Shown piece after piece: positions 9,945 to 18,506 of a DNA stretch of 64,000 nt (position 1 is the first letter of the stretch; each line of letters begins with the position of its first letter). Location: positions 16,925 through 80,924 of the forward strand of contig JBGZFC010000100.1 in assembly GCA_041846575.1 (NCBI GenBank), given 5' to 3'. The notes under the pieces are model-generated. The model did no database searches, was not told where the DNA came from, and was given only the letters and a program-made list of their open reading frames with translations. Source of the stretch: Bacteroidota bacterium (GTDB lineage: Bacteria; Bacteroidota; Bacteroidia; Bacteroidales; Dysgonomonadaceae). The position numbers and the translations under genes are program-made.

Positions 9945-10766
9945 ATGAGAATAAAACCGATATATTTTCTACTTCTTATCATCATGTTCGTGTTGACCGG
10001 AGCATGCGGAGAATACAACAAGGTTCTTAAAAGTACGGACCGCGACTATAAATACAGCTACGCCAAACAGTCTTTCGAAAAAAAGAAATACGACAGGTCT
10101 ATTACACTGCTCGAAGAGTTGGTGCCTTTCTTTAAAGGAACAGACAAAGCCGAAGAGTCTCTATATCTTTTAGCCCAAAGCTATTATAATACAAAAGACT
10201 ACCTCTCTGCAACAGAGGTGTTTACAACCTATTACAACACATTCCCCAACGGTGAGTATGCAGAACCATCGCTTTTTTACTCGGCTTATGGTATGTATTT
10301 AGACTCGCCCGATGCACGTCTCGATCAAAGCAAAACATATAAAGCCATAGCTGAATTTTCCCGCTATTTAGAAACCTATCCCGATAGCGAAAGAGCAGTA
10401 GAAGCGAAAAATCACATGTTTGCTTTACAAGAAAAGTTGGCTCTTAAGGAGTTGAAATCGGCTCAGTTGTATCTTGATTTGGGCAATTATATGGGCAATA
10501 ACTACGAGTCGGCGGTAATTGTGGCACGGGAAGCCTTGAAAAATTATCCATATTCTAAATATGCCGAAGACTATCAGATGGTTATATTGCGAGCCAAATA
10601 TGAATTCGCGTTAAAAAGTGCTCCGGAGTTGCAACCCGAAAGATTCCGTGTTGTAGTGGACGAATATTTTAATTATAAAAATACATATCCCGATGGCAAA
10701 CACTTTCATGAAGCAGAGAAGTACTACAAACAAGCTCTCTCAAAAATAGAAAATTTGCCGTCATAA
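9945..10766 (+). CDS. bamD: Outer membrane protein assembly factor BamD
   Basis: Lipoprotein signal (LTGACGEY) followed by TPR-like repeats. An omega-like gene follows. A TAAATTTG -7-like box lies at 9912-9919. Confidence 0.85.
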   Translation: MRIKPIYFLLLIIMFVLTGACGEYNKVLKSTDRDYKYSYAKQSFEKKKYDRSITLLEELVPFFKGTDKAEESLYLLAQSYYNTKDYLSATEVFTTYYNTFPNGEYAEPSLFYSAYGMYLDSPDARLDQSKTYKAIAEFSRYLETYPDSERAVEAKNHMFALQEKLALKELKSAQLYLDLGNYMGNNYESAVIVAREALKNYPYSKYAEDYQMVILRAKYEFALKSAPELQPERFRVVVDEYFNYKNTYPDGKHFHEAEKYYKQALSKIENLPS

Positions 10767-10801
10767 TTTATACTTAAAACAAAAAATAACAAAATTTAAC
10801 A

Positions 10802-11134
10802 ATGGATTATAGAAGAGTAAATGCGAGTGTGAATACTGAAACTCGCGATGTTATGGAATTATCCGAACAGGTTGGTAATGTGTACGAAACCGTTAGAATT
10901 ATCGGTAAGAGAGCCAATCAGTTGTCAGTTCAAATGAAGCAAGATTTAGATGCTAAACTACAAGAATTCGCTTCATACTCCGATAATTTAGAGGAAGTTC
11001 ACGAAAATCACGAACAGATAGAAATTTCACGTTTCTATGAAAAATTACCTAAACCCACATTGATAGCTATCAAAGAGTGGGAAGATGATAATGTTTACTA
11101 TCGCAATCCTACAAGAGAAAAAGATCAGTTTTAA
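10802..11134 (+). CDS. rpoZ: RNA polymerase omega-like subunit (Bacteroidota type)
   Basis: 110 aa with NVYETVRIIGKRANQL, an omega-like core. Conserved position after bamD. Confidence 0.65.
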   Translation: MDYRRVNASVNTETRDVMELSEQVGNVYETVRIIGKRANQLSVQMKQDLDAKLQEFASYSDNLEEVHENHEQIEISRFYEKLPKPTLIAIKEWEDDNVYYRNPTREKDQF

Positions 11135-11140
11135 AATATT

Positions 11141-11593
11141 ATGTTACAACGTATTCAATCTGTTTTTCTTTTGCTTGCTTCTGCTTGTATGCTTGTAGCA
11201 TCGGTTACCGGTATTATATTTTTTACTTGTGCAGAGGGAGTGCTTCGTGTTGAGGCTATGGGCATGTATATTGGTGAAGAGCAAAAAGTTTCTACTTGGG
11301 GATTGTTTGTATTGGGTGCTATAAGTTCGGTTCTGGCTTTAATTACTGTTTTTCAATATAAAAGACGTATGTTGCAGATACGATTTTCCATTTTTAATGC
11401 AATACTGATATTGGGCTTTTATCTGTATTTGGGATTTATGATTTTTTATGTCAATCGAACAGTACCATTGAAATTTGAAACAATTGGAATCGGTATAACA
11501 ATGCCAATTATTGCATTTATTCTTACTATATTGGCGATTAGAAAAATAGGAGCAGACGAAGCACTTGTTAGGTCGTTGGATAGATTGAGATAA
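11141..11593 (+). CDS. DUF4293-like polytopic membrane protein
   Basis: 150 aa, 4-5 TM. Conserved position after bamD and the omega-like gene in Bacteroidota. Confidence 0.65.
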   Translation: MLQRIQSVFLLLASACMLVASVTGIIFFTCAEGVLRVEAMGMYIGEEQKVSTWGLFVLGAISSVLALITVFQYKRRMLQIRFSIFNAILILGFYLYLGFMIFYVNRTVPLKFETIGIGITMPIIAFILTILAIRKIGADEALVRSLDRLR

Positions 11594-11665
11594 TAACTGT
11601 TTTTGACTATTAGCCTTTGATTTTAATTGGTCAATTGACTATTATATAATTTACAAACTTAAAAA

Positions 11666-12403
11666 ATGAAAAAAATGAAAAAAATGAAAAAAACATCTTT
11701 ATTATTGCTGGCTGTGTTTAGCCTTACATTCGGTTTTGTAGGTTGCGAAAAAGATCCGTCAGAAATAACACAAGTTAATAATCCTATTACGAAAATTAAT
11801 GCAAAAGTAGAAAATGGTGCTGTATTAAACGGTGTAGTTAAAACAGTTCGTTTAATATCTGACGAGGGTTTTGTTTCTACAATTCTTGGAGAGGCTAAGT
11901 ATGAGAATGGCGGCTTTAATATGAAATTGCAACCGGTTGCTAATTCGGAATTGATTACTATTGCTGATGATATGCCCGACGAGGTAGTGATAAGTGATTT
12001 AAATGCCAAATTTATTGTAGCTAACAGATTAATGGCATATTCATCAACTAATAATGAGTCTCCGATAGGCGTTTTTGAGTACACAAAAAATTCAATAGAA
12101 GATTTTATATCTGTGAAAGATACTTATAGTTTTGACTGTATTGTTTATATTTATGTAGATAGAGATGTTAATATTAAAGGTAATTGGGAAGAAGATGATA
12201 TTACTACTTTAATTGATTTGAAATTGAAAAAAGGTTGGAATATGGTTAGAATGTTAATTAGTGCAGAAGTTAATGGTGATGAAAATTATATGAAAATTGG
12301 TATTACAAATATTTCAAATGTAATCGGATATAAATGGATTTATATACCAAGTGATTATGAATTTTCTGTTAAACAAAAAGGTTTAAATAAATTATTCCGT
12401 TAG
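11666..12403 (+). CDS. Hypothetical lipoprotein
   Basis: MKKMKKMKKTSLLLLAVFSLTFGFVGC lipobox. AT-rich. No recognisable domain. Confidence 0.7.
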   Translation: MKKMKKMKKTSLLLLAVFSLTFGFVGCEKDPSEITQVNNPITKINAKVENGAVLNGVVKTVRLISDEGFVSTILGEAKYENGGFNMKLQPVANSELITIADDMPDEVVISDLNAKFIVANRLMAYSSTNNESPIGVFEYTKNSIEDFISVKDTYSFDCIVYIYVDRDVNIKGNWEEDDITTLIDLKLKKGWNMVRMLISAEVNGDENYMKIGITNISNVIGYKWIYIPSDYEFSVKQKGLNKLFR

Positions 12404-12428
12404 TAAATTTTTGGAATACTGAAAAAAT

Positions 12429-12459
12429 AAAAGGCATCGATTAAAACGGTGCCTTTTTT
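12429..12459 (+). terminator. Rho-independent terminator after the lipoprotein gene
   Basis: 9-bp stem AAGGCATCG/CGGTGCCTT with a 7-nt loop, followed by a T run. Confidence 0.7.
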
Positions 12460-12657
12460 AGTTACAATAATATCAAAATCCAAACAGTACATTGCGGTTA
12501 ATAATTCGCATTGTGCGATACTGTCCTAAAAAAGTGTATAAAATAAATTTTTATTATATTTGAATTTTGAAGAAAAAAGATAACAAAAATTGAACTTTAC
12601 ACAAGAATAAATTTCGGACATTTTGGTCGAATTAGCAAATAAAGGAGGTACTTATTT

Positions 12658-12974
12658 GGGGCTGTCTCAAAATCCCGACATTCGTTCGTTTTTGTCATTG
12701 CCTAAGGGCGATTCTGCGAATTCTGAACGAAACGAATAAGCTATCTTATAAGCTCTTGGCTTTTAGCTGTTAGCAACGAATCCAAATCATAAACAACTCC
12801 CTGTCATTTCGAACGAAGTGAGAAATCTATTCTTTCGGCTGTCAGCATTTGCAGGAAATATTATAAAAATGTCTTAAGTCTTGGCTCTTGTGTCCAGCAT
12901 CGCAAAAAAACAGATACTTCATTCCGCTAAAAGCTCCATTCGGTATGACAACATAGTGATGTGCTTTACTTTGC
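12658..12974. repeat. Copy B of the ~318-bp inverted repeat (partner at 662-979)
   Basis: Its reverse complement aligns with 662-979. No ORF of 60 codons or more, so non-coding. Confidence 0.85.
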
Positions 12975-13088
12975 ATAAAAACTAAGTGCAATGTGTATTG
13001 AAATTGCAATGCCCAATTATAAAAAATAGTAAATCCGAAATCGAAAATCGTAAATTAATTTGTCTTTGCTTATTAGCATATAAACCAA

Positions 13089-13829
13089 TTATTCAAATAG
13101 TTCGGATTTTATTAATTTCCATTTGCACAATCTGTATGTAATTGAAACACCAAGCACACCCAAGCCATAAATAAAACTGCGTTTTAGATTAATAGAAGAG
13201 GCTTCTTCGAAATATTTTGTAGGACAGGTCATTTCCCCAATCTCGTAACCCGCGTAAAAAATTTGAGCAAGCATTTCATTGTCAAAAATAAAGTCATCGG
13301 AGTTTTTATTAAAATTTATTTCAGAAAGGACTTCAGACGAAAATGCGCGGTATCCGGTGTGGTATTCCGATAGTTTTTGGTTGAGCATTACATTCTGGAA
13401 AAAAGTTAATATTCTGTTGGATATGTATTTAATAATTGGCATTCCGCCACGAATTGCTCCATTACCCAAAATACGAGAAGCAAGCACAACAGGATAAAGA
13501 TTGTTTGCAATCATATATGCCATAGAGTGTATCAGTTTTGGTGTGTATTGATAATCTGGATGCACCATAATAACTATATCGCCACCCAATTCCAATGCTT
13601 TGTTGTAACACGATTTTTGATTTCCTCCGTAACCTCTGTTCTTCTCGTGTCTTATAATGTGTTTAATGCCCAATTCCTGAGCTTTTTTTACAGTATTATC
13701 TTTGCTGAAATCGTCGGTAAGAATTACATCATCCACAATTTGAAAAGGAATCTCTTTGTATGTTTTCTCCAATGTTTTCTCTGCATTATAAGCAGGCATT
13801 ACTACAATTACTTTTTTACCGTTAATCAT
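13089..13829 (-). CDS. Glycosyltransferase family 2 (polyprenol-phosphate glycosyltransferase-like)
   Basis: VIVVMPAYNAEKTLEKT...DDFSKDNT...VMVHPDYQY, a GT-A fold with DxD-type motifs. Confidence 0.85.
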   Translation of the reverse strand: MINGKKVIVVMPAYNAEKTLEKTYKEIPFQIVDDVILTDDFSKDNTVKKAQELGIKHIIRHEKNRGYGGNQKSCYNKALELGGDIVIMVHPDYQYTPKLIHSMAYMIANNLYPVVLASRILGNGAIRGGMPIIKYISNRILTFFQNVMLNQKLSEYHTGYRAFSSEVLSEINFNKNSDDFIFDNEMLAQIFYAGYEIGEMTCPTKYFEEASSINLKRSFIYGLGVLGVSITYRLCKWKLIKSELFE

Positions 13830-13847
13830 ACTTTGTTTATATTTATT

Positions 13848-15503
13848 TTATTGAGAAATAGGGTATCGGGCATAAAAGATAAATCCGTTTTTCTCATATA
13901 ATTTAATGGGATTGTTTGTCTCTTGTAAAAAAATCGCCACTTTTTTCTTCTGCGATTTTACTGCGAAATATACAGGTTTATCCAAGTTTCCCTTTTGCAA
14001 ATACTCTTTATCTGCAATATTGTTTTTAGGTTGTCTGTTGCTGTAAAAATAGTGAGCGTAGCTTTTGTGAATTGGGTATATGTAGCAATCTTCGCCACTT
14101 TTACTTTTAAAAAACTCGATGGCTGCGTTTTGGCTGTATTTCTCTATTCTTTCAGTAAAGAAAAACATTCCAAAATAGATAAATATCAGAGAGCCTATAA
14201 ACAAGCCTGCCAATGCCGAATACCTGTTTCTTTTCTGATTATAAGCAAAATAAACTATGGAGATAATCAATGTTAAGCCGATTATCCATTCAAAACCTTT
14301 CCAATCGCCTGATGCTTGCAGATTGCCTGCCGCGAATTCGTCTTTAATGTATGGTATAAGCAGATGTTTGAATGAATCGATAAAAGGAATGACAGAAGCA
14401 GCCAATCCGATTATTGAGCCGATAACAACAGTTAATACAACTGCCCATTTGGGGAGTTCTGTTTTATTGTCCAGCCACTTATTAAGATACCACGCCGCGA
14501 GAAAAGTTATCGGGAAGTAGCACATTGATGAGTAGTGCACAATTTTTGTTTGTACTATGGTGAATAGAATAAGAACAACCCACAGAGTAATCATCATCCA
14601 TCGGAAGAAGTGTGTTATCGAAGTATTGGCTCCATCTTTGAGACTTTTTTTATACATGGAAAGAACAGCAAAAACAGATGTCGGGAAAACTCCGAAAAAC
14701 AGAATAACGAAGTGATATCCCGGGAAACCACCATGTCCTGCATCTTGAGTTTGAAAAAGACGAATCTGATAAACTATAAAGTCTTGAATAATACTATAAT
14801 TACCGGTAGCAATCTGCAAAATAAACCAAAGACCGCCCACAACAGAGAGCACCGCAAAAAAAGCAACAACATGCATCCATTTGAATTGAGGAAGTTGGAA
14901 TCGTTGCAGAGCGAGCCAAACTATAAAACAGATGCCGAATATCAGTAAACCTACAGGACCTTTGGTTAGTGTAGCCATACCTATGAAAAATGCGGAAAGC
15001 ATAGCCTGCAAATATCTATTGTCGTTGTTTTCAGTAGAAGAGTATTGTATGATGTAATAAAGACCGAGAAATATAAAGAGATTAAACCATGGGTCGATAA
15101 TACCTGATTTGAAATAGAAAAAAGGCAAAAACGAAACCAGATAGCATGCTCCCCACAACAATCCGAAATAGATGTTTTTGAGCCTGTTTCCAATGAAAAA
15201 AAGAATCAATATAGTAGCAATACCTGCAATTGCATTCGGAAAACGAGCCGCGAACTCATTTACACCGAATACTTTCATCGACAGAGCCTGCAACCAGATA
15301 AAGAAAGGAGGTTTTTCCCAAAAAGTCTCGAAATTTATCTGTACATTGAGGTAGTCGCCAGTTATCAGCATCTCGCGTGCCGACTCGGCAAAGTTAATTT
15401 CGTCCCAATCGAAAAGATGTACACGTCCTATTCCGGTAACAAAAAGAATAATTCCGACAGCAACAATAATCAATGAAAATAATAGATATCGGTTTTGTTT
15501 CAT
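13848..15503 (-). CDS. ArnT-like glycosyltransferase family 39 / PMT_2 membrane protein
   Basis: 551 aa, more than 10 TM. N-terminal loop FDWDEINFAESAREM is typical of GT-C enzymes. Lies upstream of and co-oriented with the GT2 gene. Confidence 0.85.
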   Translation of the reverse strand: MKQNRYLLFSLIIVAVGIILFVTGIGRVHLFDWDEINFAESAREMLITGDYLNVQINFETFWEKPPFFIWLQALSMKVFGVNEFAARFPNAIAGIATILILFFIGNRLKNIYFGLLWGACYLVSFLPFFYFKSGIIDPWFNLFIFLGLYYIIQYSSTENNDNRYLQAMLSAFFIGMATLTKGPVGLLIFGICFIVWLALQRFQLPQFKWMHVVAFFAVLSVVGGLWFILQIATGNYSIIQDFIVYQIRLFQTQDAGHGGFPGYHFVILFFGVFPTSVFAVLSMYKKSLKDGANTSITHFFRWMMITLWVVLILFTIVQTKIVHYSSMCYFPITFLAAWYLNKWLDNKTELPKWAVVLTVVIGSIIGLAASVIPFIDSFKHLLIPYIKDEFAAGNLQASGDWKGFEWIIGLTLIISIVYFAYNQKRNRYSALAGLFIGSLIFIYFGMFFFTERIEKYSQNAAIEFFKSKSGEDCYIYPIHKSYAHYFYSNRQPKNNIADKEYLQKGNLDKPVYFAVKSQKKKVAIFLQETNNPIKLYEKNGFIFYARYPISQ

Positions 15504-15708
15504 ACAAGAAAAGATGTGATAACGAATGTTTCAACTGAAAAACAGACTATAATTCTTGGTTTATAAGCAGAGATTTAAAATTTAATAATCTCTCTTTTAA
15601 TAATAGACAGCAAAAATACTGTTTTTTTGTTTAACAGATGACTTTTTCAAACAATATTCTGATGTCACAAATCTAATATGTCACAAAACTTTCATTAAAC
15701 TTTGCTTT

Positions 15709-15744
15709 AGAAAAAAGAGTGTGTTCGTAATCGAGCACACTCTT
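15709..15744 (-). terminator. Rho-independent terminator of mgl
   Basis: Stem AGAGTGTG/CACACTCT followed by a T run on the minus strand. Confidence 0.65.
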
Positions 15745-15788
15745 TATATTATCTGAAAATTACTCTGTTTTGTTATAAAAACAAACAA

Positions 15789-16985
15789 TTATAATTTGTT
15801 TAATGACTGCTCTAAATCGGCAATAATATCATCGACGTTTTCCAATCCAACCGATATGCGAATAAGCCCTTCGCTTATATCGCTTGCTGCTCGTTCTTCC
15901 GGAGTATAGGGCGAGTGAGTCATACTTGCAGGATGCTGTATTAATGTTTCCGCATCGCCAAGACTTACCGAAATAACAATCATCTTTAAGTTATTAAGAA
16001 GTTTTTTTCCGGCTTCAACTCCTCCTTTCAATTCGAAGCATATCATTGCACCCGGTAATGACATTTGCGATTTTGCCAATTCGTATTGTGGAAATGAGGT
16101 TAAGCCCGGAAACTGAACTGACTCGATAGCAGGATGTTTTTCTAAAAATTCGGCAACTTTTTGTGCGTTGGCACAATGCTTTTGCATTCTGATTTCTAAA
16201 GTTTTCAAACCGCGATTGATTAAGAAAGCGTCAAACGGACTCATACTTGCACCTGTTAAGTCTTTTACACCAAGTAGACGAACTGTGTCGATATAATCTT
16301 TTTTACCTACTACAAATCCGGCAATAACATCGCCATGACCATTTAAATATTTTGTTGCTGAATGTACCACAACATCGGCACCAAGCTCTAACGGGCGAGT
16401 AATGAAAGGTGTAGAGTATGTATTGTCAACCATCAATTTGCAGTTTTCTTGCTTATGGCAAATGTCTGCAATGGTACGTATATCACAAATATACATGTTG
16501 GGGTTGGCAGGTGTTTCAATATATACAAGTTTTGTATTGGGTCTTATGGCTTTACGTACATTCTCAGGGTCGCGAGTATCTACAAAAGTAACCTCAACGC
16601 CATAACGAGACAGACCATGACTTAAAAATGCATACGTGCACCCATACAATGTTTTAGATGCCACGATATGGTCGCCTTTCTCTACACAAACCCAGATAGC
16701 AGAAGTAATGGCTCCTATACCTGATGCTGCCGAAAGACATGCTTCGCCACCTTCAAGCAGGGCTATTTTCTCTTCCGCCATAGTACAGGTGGGATTACCA
16801 AGTCGAGTATAGATATATCCGTTTTCTTCCAACGCGAATCTGCGTCCGCCCTGTTCGGCAGTTTCGAATGCGAAAGTTGATGTTTGATAAATAGGAGCAC
16901 AAAGTGCGCCGAATGTGTTAGGCTGATGTCCGCCGTGGATTGCTTTTGTGGCAAATCCAGATTGTTTTAATTTCTCGTTATTCAT
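15789..16985 (-). CDS. mgl: L-methionine gamma-lyase (Cys/Met-metabolism PLP enzyme)
   Basis: MNNEKLKQSGFATKAIHGG..., the TLYGCTYAFL (Tyr/Cys) motif and the PLP lysine in SATKYLNGHGD. The ORF-track start at 17192 is rejected because it overlaps glyA. Confidence 0.8.
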   Translation of the reverse strand: MNNEKLKQSGFATKAIHGGHQPNTFGALCAPIYQTSTFAFETAEQGGRRFALEENGYIYTRLGNPTCTMAEEKIALLEGGEACLSAASGIGAITSAIWVCVEKGDHIVASKTLYGCTYAFLSHGLSRYGVEVTFVDTRDPENVRKAIRPNTKLVYIETPANPNMYICDIRTIADICHKQENCKLMVDNTYSTPFITRPLELGADVVVHSATKYLNGHGDVIAGFVVGKKDYIDTVRLLGVKDLTGASMSPFDAFLINRGLKTLEIRMQKHCANAQKVAEFLEKHPAIESVQFPGLTSFPQYELAKSQMSLPGAMICFELKGGVEAGKKLLNNLKMIVISVSLGDAETLIQHPASMTHSPYTPEERAASDISEGLIRISVGLENVDDIIADLEQSLNKL

Positions 16986-17095
16986 AAATCTATAATTAAT
17001 AATCAGAAATGTTAATTTCGTACAAAGGTAATAAAACTTTATCTCTTTCGGGCAGGATAATTCTTCTTTTTCTTCTTCTATTGAACAAACTTTAC

Positions 17096-17103
17096 TATAT
17101 TTG
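17096..17103 (+). promoter_or_regulatory. -7 box TATATTTG (Bacteroidota TAnnTTTG consensus) for glyA
   Basis: Exact consensus match 36 nt upstream of the glyA ATG. Confidence 0.4.
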
Positions 17104-17138
17104 CAATAGAATACAATTTTATAAAACTTTATAGATAA

Positions 17139-18419
17139 ATGAAAAGAGATAATCAGATTTTCGATATAATCGAGAAAGAGCATCAGCGACAACTTAAAGG
17201 CATTGAGTTAATCGCATCGGAAAATTTTGTCAGCGAACAGGTTATGCAGGCAATGGGTTCTGTATTAACAAATAAGTATGCCGAAGGTTATCCTGGCAAA
17301 CGTTATTACGGTGGTTGCGAAGTGGTGGATTTGAGTGAACAATTGGCTATAGACCGTTTGAAACAACTATACGGTGCCGAATGGGCTAACGTTCAACCAC
17401 ACTCGGGTGCACAAGCTAATGCGGCTGTATTCCTCGCTTGTTTAAAAGCAGGAGATAAATTTATGGGATTGAATCTGTCGCACGGCGGACACCTTTCTCA
17501 CGGTTCGCCTGTTAATTTTTCGGGTTTAATGTTTCAACCCATTGAGTACAACGTCAGAGAAGAAGACCAACGTGTAGATTATGACCAATTGGAGAGTGCT
17601 GCACGCAGCGAACGTCCCAAACTGATTATTGCAGGTGCTAGTGCTTATTCTCGTGAGTGGGACTATGCACGTATCCGCAAAGTAGCTGATGAGATTGGCG
17701 CTATTTTCATGGTAGATATGGCGCATCCGGCAGGAATGATTGCCGCAGGCTTGTTAGACAATCCGTTAAAATATGCACATATCGTAACTTCAACTACACA
17801 TAAAACTTTACGTGGTCCTCGTGGTGGAATTATCCTTATGGGTAAAGATTTTGAAAATCCATGGGGATTGAAGACTCCTAAAGGCGAAGTAAAAATGATG
17901 TCGGCAATATTGGACTCTGCCGTATTCCCCGGAATGCAAGGCGGACCTCTGGAACACGTAATCGCTGCTAAAGCAGTTGCTTTTGGTGAAGCATTAGACA
18001 GTTCTTGGAAAACTTATCAAACACAAGTGAAAACAAATGCTGCTACTATAGCTCAGGCATTTATGGATAAAGGCTATAAAGTGGTATCGGGCGGAACGGA
18101 TAACCATATTATTTTGGTGGATTTACGTACAAAATTCCCGGAATTGACAGGAAAAGTTGCCGAAAGAGTGCTTGTATCGGCAGATATTACAACCAATAAA
18201 AACATGGTGCCGTTTGATAGTCGCAGTCCGTTCCAAACTTCAGGATTACGTTTCGGAACGCCGGCAATAACTACTCGCGGAGCAAAAGAAGACTTTATGG
18301 GAGAGATCGTGGAAATGATTGACACCGTTCTTTCCGATGTGGAAAACGAACAAACAATTAGTGCGGTTCGCAAGAAAGTGAACGAAACTATGACTAAGTT
18401 TCCGTTGTTTGCTTGGTAA
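17139..18419 (+). CDS. glyA: Serine hydroxymethyltransferase
   Basis: [19 protein letters not shown] and the [17 protein letters not shown]-lysine motif. Confidence 0.95.
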   Translation: MKRDNQIFDIIEKEHQRQLKGIELIASENFVSEQVMQAMGSVLTNKYAEGYPGKRYYGGCEVVDLSEQLAIDRLKQLYGAEWANVQPHSGAQANAAVFLACLKAGDKFMGLNLSHGGHLSHGSPVNFSGLMFQPIEYNVREEDQRVDYDQLESAARSERPKLIIAGASAYSREWDYARIRKVADEIGAIFMVDMAHPAGMIAAGLLDNPLKYAHIVTSTTHKTLRGPRGGIILMGKDFENPWGLKTPKGEVKMMSAILDSAVFPGMQGGPLEHVIAAKAVAFGEALDSSWKTYQTQVKTNAATIAQAFMDKGYKVVSGGTDNHIILVDLRTKFPELTGKVAERVLVSADITTNKNMVPFDSRSPFQTSGLRFGTPAITTRGAKEDFMGEIVEMIDTVLSDVENEQTISAVRKKVNETMTKFPLFAW

Positions 18420-18449
18420 GAAACGAGAAACGGCTGAATAAAATAGATA

Positions 18450-18482
18450 AAAAAGATGAGAAAAACTTCTCATCTTTTTTAT
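18450..18482. terminator. Bidirectional terminator between glyA and the T9SS cargo gene
   Basis: 9-bp stem AGATGAGAA/TTCTCATCT with a 4-nt loop, an A run before and a T run after. Confidence 0.7.
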
Positions 18483-18506
18483 TACAGGAGTTAAAATAAT
18501 CGACAA

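Noticed and set aside
11666-11692. A short tandem repeat as a possible CRISPR-like or other repeat array.
   Set aside because: There are only three 9-nt units and no spacers, and the repeat lies inside a signal-peptide coding start. No CRISPR array exists anywhere in the window.
16986-17192. 69-codon N-terminal extension of the methionine gamma-lyase ORF in the ORF track.
   Set aside because: The extension is low-complexity and AT-rich and overlaps the glyA start and promoter. The conserved N-terminus begins at the ATG at 16985 (MNNEKLKQSGFATKAIHGG).
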